Positions 1 through 9,361 of a DNA stretch of 64,000 nt are shown in pieces. The position numbers were made by a program, and so were the translations under genes. The stretch spans positions 15 to 64,014 of the forward strand of contig JAKALN010000001.1 of assembly GCA_021824155.1 (NCBI GenBank), written 5' to 3'. Source of the DNA: a bacterium. Its GTDB lineage: Bacteria; Patescibacteriota; Microgenomatia; Levybacterales; UBA12049. The notes beneath the pieces are model-generated. The model did not search any database, had not been told where the DNA came from, and saw only the letters and a list, made by a program, of their open reading frames with translations. Position 1 is the first letter of the stretch, and every line of letters starts with the position of its first letter.

Positions 1-116
1 TTTACCCACATATAAGACTTGAAACAGGTTTTGAATTAACAAAACTTGAGAGCAACAGAGACGAGTGGGAGTGAAACGGGCAATCCTACCTGCTGTAACC
101 TCCGAAAGATGCGATT

Positions 117-190
117 ATCCCGATTTAATCGGGATTGTAACCTGCTTTACGGGAGCATCAAAGTTTGAGGGCATCCCGATTATATCGGGA
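117..190. repeat. Two related hairpin-forming repeats (ATCCCGATTTAATCGGGAT at 117-135; TCCCGATtatATCGGGA at 174-190) downstream of the AI-2E gene
   Basis: Perfect 7-bp stems read directly from the sequence; the two copies share the core CCCGAT..ATCGGGA about 55 bp apart. Confidence 0.4.
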
Positions 191-287
191 CTATGTGACC
201 AAACATCACGATAGAGATAGATTGCAACTTATAATCCTGCAAGGGATTGAAACAGAATCTGGCTTATTGTCTTCCAAAGAACTTTTT

Positions 288-1322
288 TTATTCCTCTTTT
301 TTTATTCCGTTTACTTTATCGAGAGAAAACTCAAGAAGTATTTTTAAAATACCCGCAATAGGCACTGCAAGAATTAATCCCAAAATTCCTGCTGTATGTT
401 CTCCGGCAACAACCGCGAATAGGATTACCAAAGGATGAAGTTTAGTAATTTTTCCCATAAAATAGGGGTTAACCACATAATCCTGAAGCTGTCTTACGAC
501 TGTGTAGGCTATAATTACTGCAATTGCCATTTGAAAAGATCCCAGTCCAAAATTTGAAGAACCCCCTACAAAAGCTACAAGAGCGGCAACAGAAGCTGCT
601 ACAATCGGACCTATGATAGGAACTATTTCAGCTAATCCTGAAAAAAGAGCCAGTATCAACGAAAACTTTACTCCTAAAATAGACAATGCTATAAACAATG
701 CTGCCGAAACAAGCAAAACCAGGAAAACTTGTCCTCTAAGATAACTGCCCAAGGTAACATTTATTTTTCTGAGTAAAATTTCAACATCAAATTTATATTC
801 GTTGGGAATAAAGTTAAGAAATTTATCTCTCATAGCTCTTCCTTCCTTAAGAAAATAAAATGCGGAAAAAAGGAAAATAATAAAACTCAAAATTCTGGAA
901 AATGCCTTTGGAAAAAAAGAAAAAATAGTAGGCGGAGAAAATACTTTATAACTTTCAAAAGAATACAAAGCCTCGTTAACTGTAGGCCTTATCCAATCGG
1001 GTAATACATTTATTTGCCGTTTTGCTTCATGATTTAATTGAGTCGCATATTGAGTAAGTTCCGAAGATTCATCAACAATCCTTTTTGTTAATGTTATCCC
1101 CCCTGCAATAACTACGGCAATAATAAGTACATAAATAATAATTATCGATACCGTACGGGGCAGTTTGATTTTATTAGAAAAAAAGTTAACAACCGGATTA
1201 AAAAGATAGGCAAATATTGCGGCAAGGATGAAAGGAGCTAATATGGCCCTCTCTATATATAAAAACCAAACGAGTGCAATACCTAAAGCTATAAAAAATG
1301 CCGTTCTAAGTCTAATCGTCAT
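288..1322 (-). CDS. AI-2E family transporter (PerM/UPF0118-like permease)
   Basis: 344-aa multi-TM protein with the typical AI-2E architecture and a C-terminal conserved block (GLAEIVPIIGP...PLVILFAVVAG). Confidence 0.75.
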   Translation of the reverse strand: MTIRLRTAFFIALGIALVWFLYIERAILAPFILAAIFAYLFNPVVNFFSNKIKLPRTVSIIIIYVLIIAVVIAGGITLTKRIVDESSELTQYATQLNHEAKRQINVLPDWIRPTVNEALYSFESYKVFSPPTIFSFFPKAFSRILSFIIFLFSAFYFLKEGRAMRDKFLNFIPNEYKFDVEILLRKINVTLGSYLRGQVFLVLLVSAALFIALSILGVKFSLILALFSGLAEIVPIIGPIVAASVAALVAFVGGSSNFGLGSFQMAIAVIIAYTVVRQLQDYVVNPYFMGKITKLHPLVILFAVVAGEHTAGILGLILAVPIAGILKILLEFSLDKVNGIKKEE

Positions 1323-1360
1323 AAGAACTTCCTATATTATAGCAAAATACAGCCCTAAAA

Positions 1361-1633
1361 CTAACGGACTGCCTTTTTAAGAGTCTTACCGGGGGTAAAA
1401 CCCGGAGCTTTTCTTGCTTCGATTGTAATTTTTTCTCCTGTTTTTGGATTTCTTCCCGGCCTTGTTGCTCTTTTCCTGACACTGAAAGTTCCAAATCCGG
1501 TAATTACAACTTTTTCGCCTCTTTTGAGCGAGTCCCTAATTCCATTAAGGAAAGCGGAAACAGAATCTCTGGCTGCTTTGTTTGTAAGATTTGATTTTTT
1601 TGCAACTAATTCTATTAAATCTTTTTTTGTCAT
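1361..1633 (-). CDS. hup: DNA-binding protein HU
   Basis: HU/IHF fold signature (GFGTFSVRKRAxRxGRNPKTGE). Start set at the ATG at 1633, which has AGGAGG 8 nt upstream; the ORF-track start at 1642 is a GTG that overlaps this RBS. Confidence 0.85.
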   Translation of the reverse strand: MTKKDLIELVAKKSNLTNKAARDSVSAFLNGIRDSLKRGEKVVITGFGTFSVRKRATRPGRNPKTGEKITIEARKAPGFTPGKTLKKAVR

Positions 1634-1909
1634 GCTATTCACCTCCTTTTATATTATTTTATGATTAGCTTAACAATACAATGTAATCGAATCATTTGTC
1701 AATACCCAAGAACTCCCGAATTCTTTATTTAAAACGTATTTTGCCATTTCGCTGATGAATATACTTGAAAACTTGAGTGAACGAATCAAGGGGAACCCGT
1801 AATGTACGGAGGGGGTGTTATCACCCGATGAGTGAACGAAAGTTTGAACGTATGAAGTGAGACTTGGCAAGAGCTTTTGGTTCTTTTTGCGGGAAAAAGA
1901 ATAAAAAAT

Positions 1910-3172
1910 TTATGAGGAAAATTCCGAAGCTACTGCCCTAAATTCCCTGATTGCTGTTACTTTTATCTCTCCCGGAACTGCCTGGGATTTACTTAGCTCA
2001 TCCCTTATCTTTGCCGCAACTATAGTAGTTTGAGAATCATCAAGCTTTCCCGGATTTATTATAACCCTAAGCTCTCTTCCAGCCTCAAAAGCATATGCGT
2101 CTTCTACTCCATCATATTTTTTGGCAATTTCTTCCATATCCCTTAGCCTTTTACCGTATTCCTCAACGTCTTCGTATCTTGCTCCGGGTCTTGCTCCGGA
2201 AATAGAATCGGCAATATGAACAATAATAGATTCTATAGAAGAAAAAGGTATATCTTCATGATGTTCGGCGACGCAATTTACAATAGGGTCGGGAATATTG
2301 AATTTCTTCAAAAGCTCCACGCCTAATTTAACGTGGCTTCCTTCACCCTCGACAACTTTTCCGATATCATGAAAAAGGCATCCAAGCCTTACGACGTTTA
2401 CGTTTGCTCCCAGCTCTTCTGCAATATGCATTCCTATTTTCGCGTCTTCCAAAGTATGAACAATTAAATTCTGCCCATAAGAGGTCCTGAATTTGAATCT
2501 CCCCAAAACAGACAAGAGCTCGGGAGGTAAGTTAAACACTCCTACCTCATGGGCCAGTTTTTCGCCCTCTTCAAGCATTATTTTCTCTACTTCTTTTCTT
2601 GTCTGGATTACAATCTCTTCAATTCTAAACGGCTGGATACGTGTATCTTTTATTAAAAGCTCCAACGACCTTTTTGCCACTTCTCTTCTTACCTGGTCAA
2701 AAGATGAAAGTCTTATTACTCCTTCTTCATCCAGGTCAACGTCCACTCCTGTTGCCTGTTCAAAAGCTCTAATATTTCTTCCCTCTTTTCCTATTATTCT
2801 TCCCTTTAAATCTTCATCCGGAATTTTTACTTCAGAAACCGTATATTCTGCGATATAGTTAAGAGCACCATGCCTCATGCTGTCAACAAGAATTTCCCGC
2901 GCTTTTTTATCCGCGGTCAATTTTGCTTCCTCTTCCTTTTCTTTTATAAGTTTTGCAACTGTAGCTGATTCTTTATCTTCTATTTCTTTAAGAAGCTCTT
3001 TTTTTGCTTCTTCCGAGGTCATTCCCGAGGTCTTGGAAAGTTTTTCTCTATATTCTTCTTTAAGCTTAGATATCTCTTTTTCCTGCTTTTCGAGTTCTTC
3101 TTTTTGCCTGTCGATAGATTCCTGTTTTTCAAGGAGTTTTTTCTCGAGTGTTACTAAATCTTGATCTGACAT
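1910..3172 (-). CDS. rny: Ribonuclease Y (KH + HD domains), no N-terminal TM anchor
   Basis: KH motif IIGKEGRNIR and HD motif LFHDIGK present. N-terminal coiled coil. Only 420 aa. Confidence 0.8.
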   Translation of the reverse strand: MSDQDLVTLEKKLLEKQESIDRQKEELEKQEKEISKLKEEYREKLSKTSGMTSEEAKKELLKEIEDKESATVAKLIKEKEEEAKLTADKKAREILVDSMRHGALNYIAEYTVSEVKIPDEDLKGRIIGKEGRNIRAFEQATGVDVDLDEEGVIRLSSFDQVRREVAKRSLELLIKDTRIQPFRIEEIVIQTRKEVEKIMLEEGEKLAHEVGVFNLPPELLSVLGRFKFRTSYGQNLIVHTLEDAKIGMHIAEELGANVNVVRLGCLFHDIGKVVEGEGSHVKLGVELLKKFNIPDPIVNCVAEHHEDIPFSSIESIIVHIADSISGARPGARYEDVEEYGKRLRDMEEIAKKYDGVEDAYAFEAGRELRVIINPGKLDDSQTTIVAAKIRDELSKSQAVPGEIKVTAIREFRAVASEFSS

Positions 3173-3304
3173 AATTTACGAGGACACATGAAAGCAGACT
3201 TATATTTTAAGCCTTTTTAAAAGTTTCTGAAGAAAAGTATTTAGCTTTTTCATAAAAACCGGTGTCCTATTCACATTTAATTATACTATCTGGACAGTGC
3301 CGCG

Positions 3305-3817
3305 TCAATCCCGACTTCGCAAAGATTCCGTCGAGGCGAGGACTTTTTTTACGGTTTCGTAATCAAATCCCTTAGAAACTAAATATCTTCCGAGTTTTTG
3401 AAAAATTTCCTGTTTCGTAAGACCTTTATATCTTGATATACGTTTCTCTGCTATTCTTACCGCCGCTTTTAAATCATTTTCTTCCTGAGCTTGGGGTTCC
3501 GGTTCAAAACTTTCAATAATCTCCCGAGAAATACCTTTTTGCCTTAACTCATATTTTATTATTCTCCATGGCTTTGGCTTTATTGAGTTTCTAGTTTCAA
3601 TCCAGATTTTTGCAAATTCCTCATCGTTTAGAAATTTATACTCTTTAAGCTTATCAATTATTTTTTTTGAGACCATGTCACTGACGTTTTTTTTAAAAAG
3701 ATAGTCTCTTATTTCTTTTTCGCTTCTTACTCTAAAAGAGAGAAACCGAAGAACTCTGTTGAGGTTTTTTTCAAAATCGTCACTGGGAATCGGTGATATC
3801 TTTTTCTTCATTTTCAA
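3305..3817 (-). CDS. recX: RecA regulator RecX
   Basis: Three-repeat helical protein immediately downstream of recA, with a 38-nt overlap. Confidence 0.7.
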   Translation of the reverse strand: MKMKKKISPIPSDDFEKNLNRVLRFLSFRVRSEKEIRDYLFKKNVSDMVSKKIIDKLKEYKFLNDEEFAKIWIETRNSIKPKPWRIIKYELRQKGISREIIESFEPEPQAQEENDLKAAVRIAEKRISRYKGLTKQEIFQKLGRYLVSKGFDYETVKKVLASTESLRSRD

Positions 3818-4880
3818 CTCCTACTTCAACGGGCATCCCGGAAGTCTTGCTTTTTTTCATTATCTCGTCAACTATTTTTCTGGCAGTATCCGGTTTTTCC
3901 CGCAAAAATATTGCCGCCGCCTGTTTTCCCTGTCCCAGCATTAAATCACCGTACCTAAAAAATGCCCCTGATTTTTGAATAATTCCCATCTCAACTCCTA
4001 CATCCATAATACCGCCTTCCCTTGAAATTCCCGTATCTGCCATAACATCAAATTCGGCAATCCTAAAAGGAGACGAGACTTTATTTTTTACAATTTTTAC
4101 CCTATGCCTTGAACCTATTGCCTTATCCCCGTCCTTAATTGTTTCAATTTTCCTTATATCAATTCTGACAGTTGAATAAAATTTAAGGGCAAGTCCTCCT
4201 GTTGTTGTTTCGGGATTTCCAAACATTACTCCGATTTTCTGCCTTAACTGGTTGGTAAAAATTACAACAGTTTTGGATTTGGATATAACGCCGGTTAATT
4301 TTCTTAAAGCCTGGGACATAAGTCTTGCCTGAAGGCCCATCATAGAATCTCCCATTTCTCCTTCGATTTCTGCCCTTGGCACCAAAGCGGCAACAGAATC
4401 TATTACCAAAACATCGACTCCGCCGCTTCTTATTAAACTTTCTGCTATTTCTAAAGCCTGTTCGCCGGTATCGGGTTGGGAAATAAGAAGTTCGTCCAGT
4501 TTTACCCCTATTCTTTCCGCCCAAAGCGGATCAAGAGCATGCTCTGCGTCTATAAACGCTGCTACACCCCCATGTTTTTGCGCCTGTGCAATAATCGAAA
4601 GACAAACTGTTGTTTTTCCCGAAGCTTCAGGGCCGAAGATCTCTATGATTCTTCCCCTTGGCACTCCGCCTACTCCAAGAGCCAGGTCTAGAGGAAGACA
4701 GCCTGTTGAAATAACCGAAATATCTAATTTTGTTCCTGCTTCACCAAAGCGCATAATGGAACCTCGGCCGTACTGCTTTTCTATTTGTTCCATTGCCAGC
4801 TTTACCGCTTCCAGTTTTTGGGCACCCTCCGAAGGTTCGTTAGAAGTTTTTGGAGTATGAGAATTTCCTGCCCTTGCCAT
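3780..4880 (-). CDS. recA: Recombinase RecA
   Basis: Walker [10 protein letters not shown] plus RecA L1/L2 regions. 366 aa. Confidence 0.95.
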   Translation of the reverse strand: MARAGNSHTPKTSNEPSEGAQKLEAVKLAMEQIEKQYGRGSIMRFGEAGTKLDISVISTGCLPLDLALGVGGVPRGRIIEIFGPEASGKTTVCLSIIAQAQKHGGVAAFIDAEHALDPLWAERIGVKLDELLISQPDTGEQALEIAESLIRSGGVDVLVIDSVAALVPRAEIEGEMGDSMMGLQARLMSQALRKLTGVISKSKTVVIFTNQLRQKIGVMFGNPETTTGGLALKFYSTVRIDIRKIETIKDGDKAIGSRHRVKIVKNKVSSPFRIAEFDVMADTGISREGGIMDVGVEMGIIQKSGAFFRYGDLMLGQGKQAAAIFLREKPDTARKIVDEIMKKSKTSGMPVEVGVENEEKDITDSQ

Positions 4881-5081
4881 ATTAAAACCATTCTAGTAAT
4901 TTTTAAGAATCAATGCAATAGGTCAAACTGTATAAGATTCCTCGTAAAATTCACTCTCAGATGATATAATACTAAACACGGTTTCAGGGTAAGATAAAAC
5001 AAAATCGCTGACTCAGGAGTTCCGATTTTGTTAACCTTAAAAGGAAATCGTTGGGAAAAACCGTGAGGTTTGTCCCACTTG

Positions 5082-5152
5082 CGGGGTGTAGTTTATCGGT
5101 AGAATGCGCGCATGGGGTGCGTGTGGACTGAGTTCAATTCTCAGCACCCCGA
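5082..5152 (+). tRNA. tRNA-Pro (anticodon GGG), 71 nt, CCA not encoded
   Basis: Manual fold gives acceptor CGGGGTG/CACCCCG, D-loop with GG, anticodon stem CGCGC/GCGTG, loop ATGGGGT (U33, G37), and T-arm CTGAG-TTCAATT-CTCAG. Discriminator is A. Confidence 0.55.
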
Positions 5153-5158
5153 CATAAT

Positions 5159-6223
5159 ATGTACGATTTAAGAGAGTTCAAACAGGTATTTGACCCGATA
5201 CTTAAAAGCTTCATAGAACAAAGGCTTAAAAAGTTTTCCTCAAATTCTTCCGACCCGTTTATAAAAGACTTTCTTTCATATTCTGAAAAGTTAACAATGG
5301 CCGGGGGCAAAAGAATAAGGCCTTATATAGCATATGTTATGTACTCTGCAAATGGGGGAAAAGACGTAGAAAACGCTCTTAAACTTTTTGTGTCCTTGGA
5401 AATCTTCCACAATTTTGCGCTTATTCACGACGATATAATGGACAAACAATATAAAAGGCACGGTGTTGATACTATCCCCGCTTATGTTCTTAAAAAACTA
5501 AATGAAGCCGGAAGGATAGGAGATTTGGAAAATGTCGCCAACGCTCAAGGAATACTTACGGGAGACTTATTTTTTTCATGGGCCCTTGAACTATTTTTAG
5601 GAAATTCTAATTTTCCCCATAAAAATATAACCAAAGCCCAGGATTATTTTTATAAAATGGTTGACGAAGTATGTTTGGGTCAAATACTTGATATAGATGT
5701 AACCACAAGGGAAAACGTAAGCGAAGACTTTATTATTGAAAAAACAAGGTTAAAAACTTCAAGGTACACTTTTGTGCGGCCCATGCAAATAGGGGCCCAT
5801 CTGGCAGACCCCGAAAATAACATGGATGATTTTTGCGAAGATTTAGGGACAAAGCTTGGCATTGCCTTCCAAATGCAGGATGATTTACTCGATATTATAG
5901 GAAACCCTAAAATCCTTGAAAAAAATATTTTGCGTGACATTGCCGACAGACAGCACACTTTTTTTACAAATTACGTTTTTCAAAACGGAACAGAAGAACA
6001 AAAAAATAAACTCTTAAGCTATTTCGGAAAAGAATTAAATACCCAAGAAGGAAATGAAGTAATTAAAATTTTTAATGATTCGGGTTCAATTAACGAAGGA
6101 AAGAGAGAAATATTAGACAACTTAAACCGGGCAAAAGAAATCATTAAAAAATCAACCCTTGGAAAAGAACACAAAAAAATTTGTCTGTCTTTGGTTTCGG
6201 TAATGGAGCAAAGGCAGCATTAG
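5159..6223 (+). CDS. trans-Polyprenyl diphosphate synthase (isoprenyl diphosphate synthase family)
   Basis: Two aspartate-rich motifs: LIHDDIMD (FARM) and FQMQDDLLD (SARM). Confidence 0.8.
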   Translation: MYDLREFKQVFDPILKSFIEQRLKKFSSNSSDPFIKDFLSYSEKLTMAGGKRIRPYIAYVMYSANGGKDVENALKLFVSLEIFHNFALIHDDIMDKQYKRHGVDTIPAYVLKKLNEAGRIGDLENVANAQGILTGDLFFSWALELFLGNSNFPHKNITKAQDYFYKMVDEVCLGQILDIDVTTRENVSEDFIIEKTRLKTSRYTFVRPMQIGAHLADPENNMDDFCEDLGTKLGIAFQMQDDLLDIIGNPKILEKNILRDIADRQHTFFTNYVFQNGTEEQKNKLLSYFGKELNTQEGNEVIKIFNDSGSINEGKREILDNLNRAKEIIKKSTLGKEHKKICLSLVSVMEQRQH

Positions 6224-6240
6224 CCTTCAGCCTCGTTTTT

Positions 6241-6249
6241 TGGTATAAT
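6241..6249 (+). promoter_or_regulatory. Extended -10 promoter element TGgTATAAT upstream of ispH
   Basis: The same TGgTATAAT nonamer recurs upstream of three other plus-strand gene starts in this window (44474, 53077, 54205). Confidence 0.4.
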
Positions 6250-6260
6250 TTGAGTTCCTT

Positions 6261-7331
6261 ATGAGCCGTCTGGCAGAAAGATTCCAACAAAGACCCCTTG
6301 CGCCCGAAAAGCTATCGCCTTTCCCTGTTGAAGAATTGGTTGTTGCAGGAGATCTGGGTCCTTGCGGAGGAGTAAGAATGGCAATTAGTGTTACAAAAGA
6401 CATACTGGACTATGTCGGAGGGCGTGAGAAGGTATATGCAAATAACCAGCCTGTTCATAATAGACTGGTAACCGAAACTTTTGCGGGACAAGGCTTGGTA
6501 ATTGAACCCGATATTAATAATATTCCTGCAAATTCTATTTGGATTTTATCGGCGCACGGAACAGACCCGCATATTGTTGAAAAAGCTAAAGAAAAAGGAA
6601 TACATGTTGTAAACGTTGAATGTCCGCTTGTAACAAAAGTAAGAAGAGAAGCTCAAAGAGCCGAAGAACGCGGAGAACATTTAATCTACAGAGGAGCTCA
6701 AAATCATCCGGAACCGAAAGCTATCTTAGGCGGCTTAAACGATATTAACCATGCTACTTTTATAACCGATACAACAGACCCTAATTCCCTTACCCTGCCA
6801 AAAAATGTTCCCATTAGAGTTCTTAATCAAACAACTCTTTCGATAAGAGGAGTAGCAGAAGAAATAGATAGTTTAAGGAGCTTAAATCCCGATATTGACC
6901 TTCCTAATCCTATGGGAATATGCTATGCAACCGACAATAGACAGGATTCTTTATATGGTATGTTCTCCGACTTGGAAAACCCAATAGATTTTTTAATAGT
7001 AGTAGGCTCCCAAAACAGTCATAATTCCCAAGAACTAAGAAATATTGGAGTAAACTTTTTAGGACCCCAAAATGCGGTTTTAATAGACACTCCTTTGGAT
7101 ATTGATGCCGGTTGGTTTAAGGGAGCTAAAAGGGTGGGATTAACTTCGGGAGCGTCCGTACTTGATGAGTATACGGTAAATGTTTTAGAATGGTTTAGAG
7201 CAAAAGGAACAAAGCTTACGTTTTTAGTGGGGAGAGAAAATGACCAAAGATATGATGGACTGACTTTTGCTGCTCCGAAAACCGAGATTGAAAAGGTAAA
7301 AAGGTATATCGATTTAAAATACGCCGTATGA
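6261..7331 (+). CDS. ispH: 4-hydroxy-3-methylbut-2-enyl diphosphate reductase (IspH/LytB)
   Basis: IspH blocks GPCGGVRMAI, PVHNRLV, LSAHG, CPLVTKV, NQTTLS, ICYATDNRQ, VVGSQNSHNS and GLTSGAS. Confidence 0.85.
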   Translation: MSRLAERFQQRPLAPEKLSPFPVEELVVAGDLGPCGGVRMAISVTKDILDYVGGREKVYANNQPVHNRLVTETFAGQGLVIEPDINNIPANSIWILSAHGTDPHIVEKAKEKGIHVVNVECPLVTKVRREAQRAEERGEHLIYRGAQNHPEPKAILGGLNDINHATFITDTTDPNSLTLPKNVPIRVLNQTTLSIRGVAEEIDSLRSLNPDIDLPNPMGICYATDNRQDSLYGMFSDLENPIDFLIVVGSQNSHNSQELRNIGVNFLGPQNAVLIDTPLDIDAGWFKGAKRVGLTSGASVLDEYTVNVLEWFRAKGTKLTFLVGRENDQRYDGLTFAAPKTEIEKVKRYIDLKYAV

Positions 7332-7870
7332 ACAATTACTATAAACAAAAACAAATAATTGCAAGGGTGGATAAAAAGGGAAATGTCATTGGTAAAATTG
7401 AAAAATGGGATGCACACAAAAAAGGAGTTTTACACAAAGCCTTAACCGTTGCCTTAATTTACAAAGATAAACTTATCCTTCAGCATAGGAAACATCCGGC
7501 TTTTGACGGAGTATTTGATTTTACATCTTCTTCGCACCAGCTATTTATAAACGGGAAGCTCCAGACTACTATTGATGCTACTTACGACACTCTAAAAAGA
7601 GAATGGAACCTTACAAAAAAAGATTTGGCTTATCGGCCTAAGAATGAAGGGTCAATTTATTATAAAGCAAAAGACCCCAACAGCATTTACACCGAACACG
7701 AAATATGCGAGATTCTAATAACCGAAGTGAAAAAACTACCTGTTCCAAATTACGATTTTGCCTACGGGTATTCTCTTGTAACTAAAGAACAACTATTGAA
7801 TAAGAAATCAAAAGTTTACCAAAACCTTGCTCCTTGGGTTAAAAAAATGATTGAAAAAAAGATGGTGTAG
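7328..7870 (+). CDS. idi: Isopentenyl-diphosphate delta-isomerase type 1-like (Nudix-fold)
   Basis: Collinear with E. coli IDI (EKWDAHKKGVLHKAL, KHPAFDGVFD, TEHEICE). The position of the catalytic Cys appears to be Ser (TSSSHQ). Confidence 0.5.
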   Translation: MNNYYKQKQIIARVDKKGNVIGKIEKWDAHKKGVLHKALTVALIYKDKLILQHRKHPAFDGVFDFTSSSHQLFINGKLQTTIDATYDTLKREWNLTKKDLAYRPKNEGSIYYKAKDPNSIYTEHEICEILITEVKKLPVPNYDFAYGYSLVTKEQLLNKKSKVYQNLAPWVKKMIEKKMV

Positions 7871-7873
7871 TGT

Positions 7874-8338
7874 TTACCTTTTTGGTGATTGTCTCTTTCG
7901 CCTTGCTTTTCCGCCCATTCCGACTTTCCTTCTTTCTCTTACTCTTGCATCCCTTGTAAGAAAACCTCTTTTCTTAAGAATTTGCCTGTTTTTTAAATCC
8001 ATTAAAGAAAGCGCTCTTGAAATAGCATGAATTGCCGCATCGAGCTGTCCGCTTTTGCCTCCTCCAATAATTCTGAAAGTTAGAGTAAACTTATCTAAAT
8101 TATTTGTAAGCTTAAAGGGTTCCAAATATTTAGCTGTCGCAGTTTCCCCGCTGAAATATTCTTCTATTTTTTTATTATTTACATACATTTCACCCTTTTT
8201 AACTTCTTGTCCTGCAACCGATAAACCGCTTTTTAAAGTTTGATAAAGCCTCAGTCTTGCAACCGATTCCTTATGTTTGCCTACGGCAAAAATATAATCT
8301 TTTTTAGGATTTTGTCTTTCGTCTGCTACTTCAGCCAT
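7874..8338 (-). CDS. rpsI: 30S ribosomal protein S9
   Basis: C-terminal GGGKSGQ...RRKVGxxKARRxxQxxKR. Confidence 0.9.
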   Translation of the reverse strand: MAEVADERQNPKKDYIFAVGKHKESVARLRLYQTLKSGLSVAGQEVKKGEMYVNNKKIEEYFSGETATAKYLEPFKLTNNLDKFTLTFRIIGGGKSGQLDAAIHAISRALSLMDLKNRQILKKRGFLTRDARVRERRKVGMGGKARRKRQSPKR

Positions 8339-8773
8339 TTAGTTTTGGTCCCCTTTCTCAAATTTATTCTCAAACTTATGAACTTCTGTGCCAAAAACAA
8401 AAAGTCTTTTAAGCATTGCGTCTCTTAGTCTGTTTTGCGGTAGCATTCCTTTGACCGCTTCTTTTATTATCTCTTCGGGTTTTCTCTTTCTCAAATCAAT
8501 TAATCTCTCTGCCTTAAATCCTCCAGGATATCCAGAATGCCTATAATAATTTTTTAATAATTCTTTTTTTCCCGTTACTTTAACTTCTTTTGCATTTATT
8601 ACAACAACGTTATCCCCGCAATCCATGTTTTTTACAAAATAGGGCTTTGATTTTCCCATAAGAAGGTTTGCAATCTTCGTTGCTTCCCTTCCCAGAATTT
8701 TCTCCTTGACGTCTATTAAATGCCATTCTCTCTTAACATCCGAGACCTTCGTTGCCTTTGTCTGTTTATTCAT
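8339..8773 (-). CDS. rplM: 50S ribosomal protein L13
   Basis: L13 family sequence; conserved rplM-rpsI pair. Confidence 0.9.
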   Translation of the reverse strand: MNKQTKATKVSDVKREWHLIDVKEKILGREATKIANLLMGKSKPYFVKNMDCGDNVVVINAKEVKVTGKKELLKNYYRHSGYPGGFKAERLIDLRKRKPEEIIKEAVKGMLPQNRLRDAMLKRLFVFGTEVHKFENKFEKGDQN

Positions 8774-9249
8774 TTTTTCTTAGTCTCCTTTTTGGTTTTT
8801 TGTACAGGAGCTTTTCTTACCGGCTTTTTTGCTTTTATATCCGGATTAACCTTTGCCGGCTTTGTCTTTTTTGGTTCCTGGGCCAAAACAGCTTTTGGAG
8901 CCTCAGACCATTCAATTAAAACCATTGTTGAATCGTCACCGAACCTTTTGCCAAGCCTTACTGTTTTTGTATATCCTCCCTGTCTTTTATCAAATCGTGT
9001 TGCTACATCTTTAATCATTTTATCTAAAGCCAGCGGGGATAGTTTCGATGACAATAGCCTTCTGGCTAAAACATCATCTTTTTTTGCTCTCGTAACCAAT
9101 TTATCTACCTCCGCTTTTATAGCCTTTGCCTTTGCTTCTGTTGTTTCTATTTTTTCGTTTAGAACAAGCGAGGACATAAGCCCTTTAAAAAGCGCTTTTC
9201 TTTCATCTACGTCTCTTTTTAATTGTCTGCCAAAAACATTTTTTCTCAT
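8770..9249 (-). CDS. rplQ: 50S ribosomal protein L17 with Lys-rich C-terminal tail
   Basis: L17 core (GGYTKTVRLGKRFGD); follows rpoA. Confidence 0.85.
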   Translation of the reverse strand: MRKNVFGRQLKRDVDERKALFKGLMSSLVLNEKIETTEAKAKAIKAEVDKLVTRAKKDDVLARRLLSSKLSPLALDKMIKDVATRFDKRQGGYTKTVRLGKRFGDDSTMVLIEWSEAPKAVLAQEPKKTKPAKVNPDIKAKKPVRKAPVQKTKKETKKK

Positions 9250-9361
9250 AAATTTAAAAAAATCCTAATTAAAAATCCCAAATTCCAAATAAATTCAAAA
9301 TTCGAATTTTGGAAATTAGAAAATTATTTAGGATTTAAGCTTTAGAATTCGGAATTTATTC

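Noticed and set aside
217-250. CRISPR array end (single GTTTCAATCC... repeat-like 34-mer)
   Set aside because: Only one copy lies inside the window. The candidate degenerate copies at 117-200 are too divergent and spaced about 55 bp apart. An array cannot be called without upstream sequence
1670-1870. ORF 1670..1870 (-) between hup and rny
   Set aside because: No RBS, odd composition, and it overlaps the repeated non-coding segment. It is more likely non-coding
4183-4860. ORFs antisense to or embedded in recA (4183..4524 -, 4476..4691 +, 4645..4860 +)
   Set aside because: They lie inside the well-supported recA CDS in other frames and have Arg/Gly-rich nonsense composition
5081-5152. tRNA-His interpretation because of the extra 5' G at 5081
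   Set aside because: G5081 would have to pair with position 73, which is A. The anticodon loop reads GGG (Pro), not GUG
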